NCBI GenBank assembly: GCA_044339235.1
Contig: JBIIVV010000001.1
Span: 1 to 42,379, forward strand
Direction: 5' to 3'
Source: Ferruginibacter sp.
GTDB taxonomy: Bacteria; Bacteroidota; Bacteroidia; Chitinophagales; Chitinophagaceae
Length of the DNA: 42,379 nucleotides
Part shown: positions 40,293-42,379 of the stretch, piece by piece
Numbering within the stretch: the stretch's first letter is position 1
How the letters are laid out: each line of letters begins with the position of its first letter
The notes under the pieces: model-generated
What the model was told of the DNA's origin: nothing
The model's input: only the letters and a program-made list of their open reading frames with translations
Database searches by the model: none
Program-made: the position numbers and the translations under genes

Positions 40293-40643
40293 TTACACCC
40301 ACTTCAATGCGCCTTTTTTATGCGCATACAAAAAACCAAGCATTAATATAAAAAAGAAAATTAAAATTTCAACCATCGCCATCCAGCCAACTTTTTTAGC
40401 TACTACCGCCCATGGAAATAAAAAGACAAGTTCCACATCAAAAATTAAAAATATCAACGCAAATAAATAATACCCGACATTGAGTTGTGTCCAGGTTTTC
40501 CCCCTAGTAGGAATGCCGCATTCGTAAGGCTGCCCCTTTTGAGGATTCGAGGTAGCTTTAGTTACAATTTTAGAAACCAACATTGCAATTGAAGAAAATG
40601 TCAATGCTGCAATAATCAAGACAATCATAGAAGAAGCTCCCAT
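40293..40643 (-). CDS. nuoA: Complex I subunit A
   Basis: 'PYECG', 'YYLFALIFLIFDVE..FLFPWA', 'KKGALKW'. Confidence 0.96.
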   Translation of the reverse strand: MGASSMIVLIIAALTFSSIAMLVSKIVTKATSNPQKGQPYECGIPTRGKTWTQLNVGYYLFALIFLIFDVELVFLFPWAVVAKKVGWMAMVEILIFFFILMLGFLYAHKKGALKWV

Positions 40644-40804
40644 ATAAAATCAAATTAATTTGATGATTCATTAGAAACACAAGTTAGCAAAAAACAACAA
40701 TACCCACTCACCAAAAAAACACTGCGCTCGTCATCCTTGTTAATGATTGCAGTCATACCCACTATTAATTATAATTGCATTGTACAATAGTTTACACTAA
40801 CTGA

Positions 40805-41524
40805 TTACCCATAAATTTCAAAATGGATTGCCTTTTTATCGTACCCCATATCAATAATTTTCTTCCTTGCCTCATCAATCATCCCCTTCCAACCGCATAA
40901 AAAGAATTTTGCAGGCTGCTTTTCTTTGCACAATAATTCATATGCCGAATGAACATAGCCTGTATGCCCCTCCCATTTTTCCCTTGACAAAGTGGGGATA
41001 TATTGAAATCCCGGTATTTCACTTTGAAGGGTTTTCATTTCTTCAAAGTACAACAAACTGCTTTTTGTTCGGCAACCAAAAACAAGAAAAATGTTTTTAT
41101 GCGCAATCTGCTTGTTTTTAATATTATGAATCATGCTCCTAAATGGAGCAATGCCCGTGCCGGTGCAAATAAGTACGAGATCTTCGTCGATTGGCTCCTG
41201 TAATGTAAATACCCCCTGAGGTCCACGAAGGGTTATTTCAGAACCCACCTGAACTTCGTTAAAAAGGTAGGGTGTTCCGGCCCCATTTTTATCTAGCACA
41301 ATCACCAACTCAAATACATTGGTTCCGTCCGGACAAGAGGCAATAGAATAACTGCGCCAACGCTTATTGGGCTTTTCATGAATGGGAAGATCTAGTGTTA
41401 CAAACTGACCTGGAATAAAATCAAATGACTCCAATTCCGACACCTGAATCCAAAACCTTCTAGTATCACTTGTCTCATTTTCAATCCTTAACACCTTTCC
41501 CACTCTCCAAGGTTGTAATGCCAT
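40805..41524 (-). CDS. FAD/NAD(P)-binding oxidoreductase, ferredoxin-NADP+ reductase-like fold
   Basis: 'FIPGQFV', 'RSYSIAS', 'RGPQG', 'TGTGIAPF', 'FLCG', C-terminal 'FEIYG'; no Fe-S domain. Confidence 0.9.
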   Translation of the reverse strand: MALQPWRVGKVLRIENETSDTRRFWIQVSELESFDFIPGQFVTLDLPIHEKPNKRWRSYSIASCPDGTNVFELVIVLDKNGAGTPYLFNEVQVGSEITLRGPQGVFTLQEPIDEDLVLICTGTGIAPFRSMIHNIKNKQIAHKNIFLVFGCRTKSSLLYFEEMKTLQSEIPGFQYIPTLSREKWEGHTGYVHSAYELLCKEKQPAKFFLCGWKGMIDEARKKIIDMGYDKKAIHFEIYG

Positions 41525-41740
41525 AATAAAAATTTAATCCACCAATTTACCGATTATGTCCAAAGTATAGCCATTATTTCAAAAAAAAAGCTGTTGCAAA
41601 TTGTAAAGCGCCGAAAAAGATGGTTATTTATTGTTACGGGAATGATTTCCTATTGGCTACAGAGTCAATATTGGCAGTATTAAATGGCGAATGAATCAAA
41701 CGAAAGCAATCTGCATTTAAAAAAATTAACCTTCGAGCCG

Positions 41741-41748
41741 TATCTTTG
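41741..41748 (+). promoter_or_regulatory. -7 promoter element (TATCTTTG) for mfd
   Basis: Exact TAnnTTTG 7 nt upstream of ATG 41756. Confidence 0.7.
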
Positions 41749-41755
41749 CAAACGG

Positions 41756-42379
41756 ATGAATTTGGAATTGTTGTTGAAAGAATATAAAAATGACCCCCGC
41801 TGTTTTAAAATTGCGGACAGGATTACTTTGTCTATTCCGCAACAAATTCATCTTTCCGGACTTCGTGGAAGCGCTACAGAATTTGTACTTTCCTCCGTTT
41901 TCAATCATCCAGCCACCAGCCAGCTCAATCACCTAGTCATCTTAAGAGATGCTGAAGAAGCCGCCTATTTCCATAATAGCTTTGAGAACATTACCCAAGC
42001 ATTGGATATTTTTTATTTTCCCGCTTCTTTTAAAAACAAAAAAAACTATCGCCTTCTTAACAGCAGTCATGTGATGCTTAGGACCGAGGCATTAACCAAA
42101 ATAGCTGGCGGTAGCAATAAGAAGGTATTGATCACCTATCCAGAAGCGCTATTTGAAAAAGTGGTGTTACCGACCACGCTTATCGAAAATATTATTTCCA
42201 TCAAGCAAAGTGAAACATTAGATGTAGATAGGATCTTGGGAAAATTTATAGCGTACGGCTTTGAAAGAACTGATTTTGTATATGAACCCGGCCAGTTTGC
42301 AGTACGGGGAGGCATACTCGATATTTATTCTTTTGGCAATGAAAAGCCCTATCGAATTGAATTATTTGGGAATGAAGTG
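41756..42379 (+). CDS. mfd: Transcription-repair coupling factor (3' truncated; absent from the ORF track)
   Basis: Manual translation: MNLELLLKEY...HLSGLRGS...AEEAAYFHN...LRTEAL...ITYPEALFEKV...GFERTDFVYEPGQFAVRGGILDIYSFGNEKPYRIELFG; the UvrB-homology module of Mfd. Confidence 0.93.
   Translation, partial: MNLELLLKEYKNDPRCFKIADRITLSIPQQIHLSGLRGSATEFVLSSVFNHPATSQLNHLVILRDAEEAAYFHNSFENITQALDIFYFPASFKNKKNYRLLNSSHVMLRTEALTKIAGGSNKKVLITYPEALFEKVVLPTTLIENIISIKQSETLDVDRILGKFIAYGFERTDFVYEPGQFAVRGGILDIYSFGNEKPYRIELFGNEV

Noticed and set aside
41726-41932. 68-aa minus-strand ORF
   Set aside because: Antisense shadow of mfd, which is the real gene here.

Overview
A 42.4-kb, AT-rich, densely coding chromosomal segment from a Bacteroidota bacterium, most likely Chitinophagaceae (inferred from gldKLMN, single-chain GlyRS, TAnnTTTG promoter elements and protein style). 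It is mostly housekeeping: a partial MFS transporter, an MBL hydrolase, DUF3108 and flippase-like genes, ruvC, HIT, the T9SS/gliding motor operon gldKLMN, a YyaL-like protein, hemD-like, DUF4271, hemW, gpsA, acpP-fabF-rnc, GNAT, ycxB-like, B12-dependent nrdJ, dtd, a MazG-like gene, glyQS and the 5' part of mfd. Three things stand out. (1) An lpxL-like/fatty acid desaturase/lpxD three-gene unit sits outside the usual lpx operon and may be a lipid A/membrane remodelling module. (2) An 11-subunit complex I-like operon (nuoABCDHIJKLMN, no nuoEFG) has a tightly linked unknown gene downstream, an FNR-like flavoprotein gene upstream and palindromes in its promoter region. (3) A long inverted repeat built from 7-bp tandem units lies between lpxD and nrdJ. 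No rRNA, tRNA, CRISPR array, transposase, integrase or phage gene was recognised. All product calls come from motif and family recognition by eye; no database search was run.
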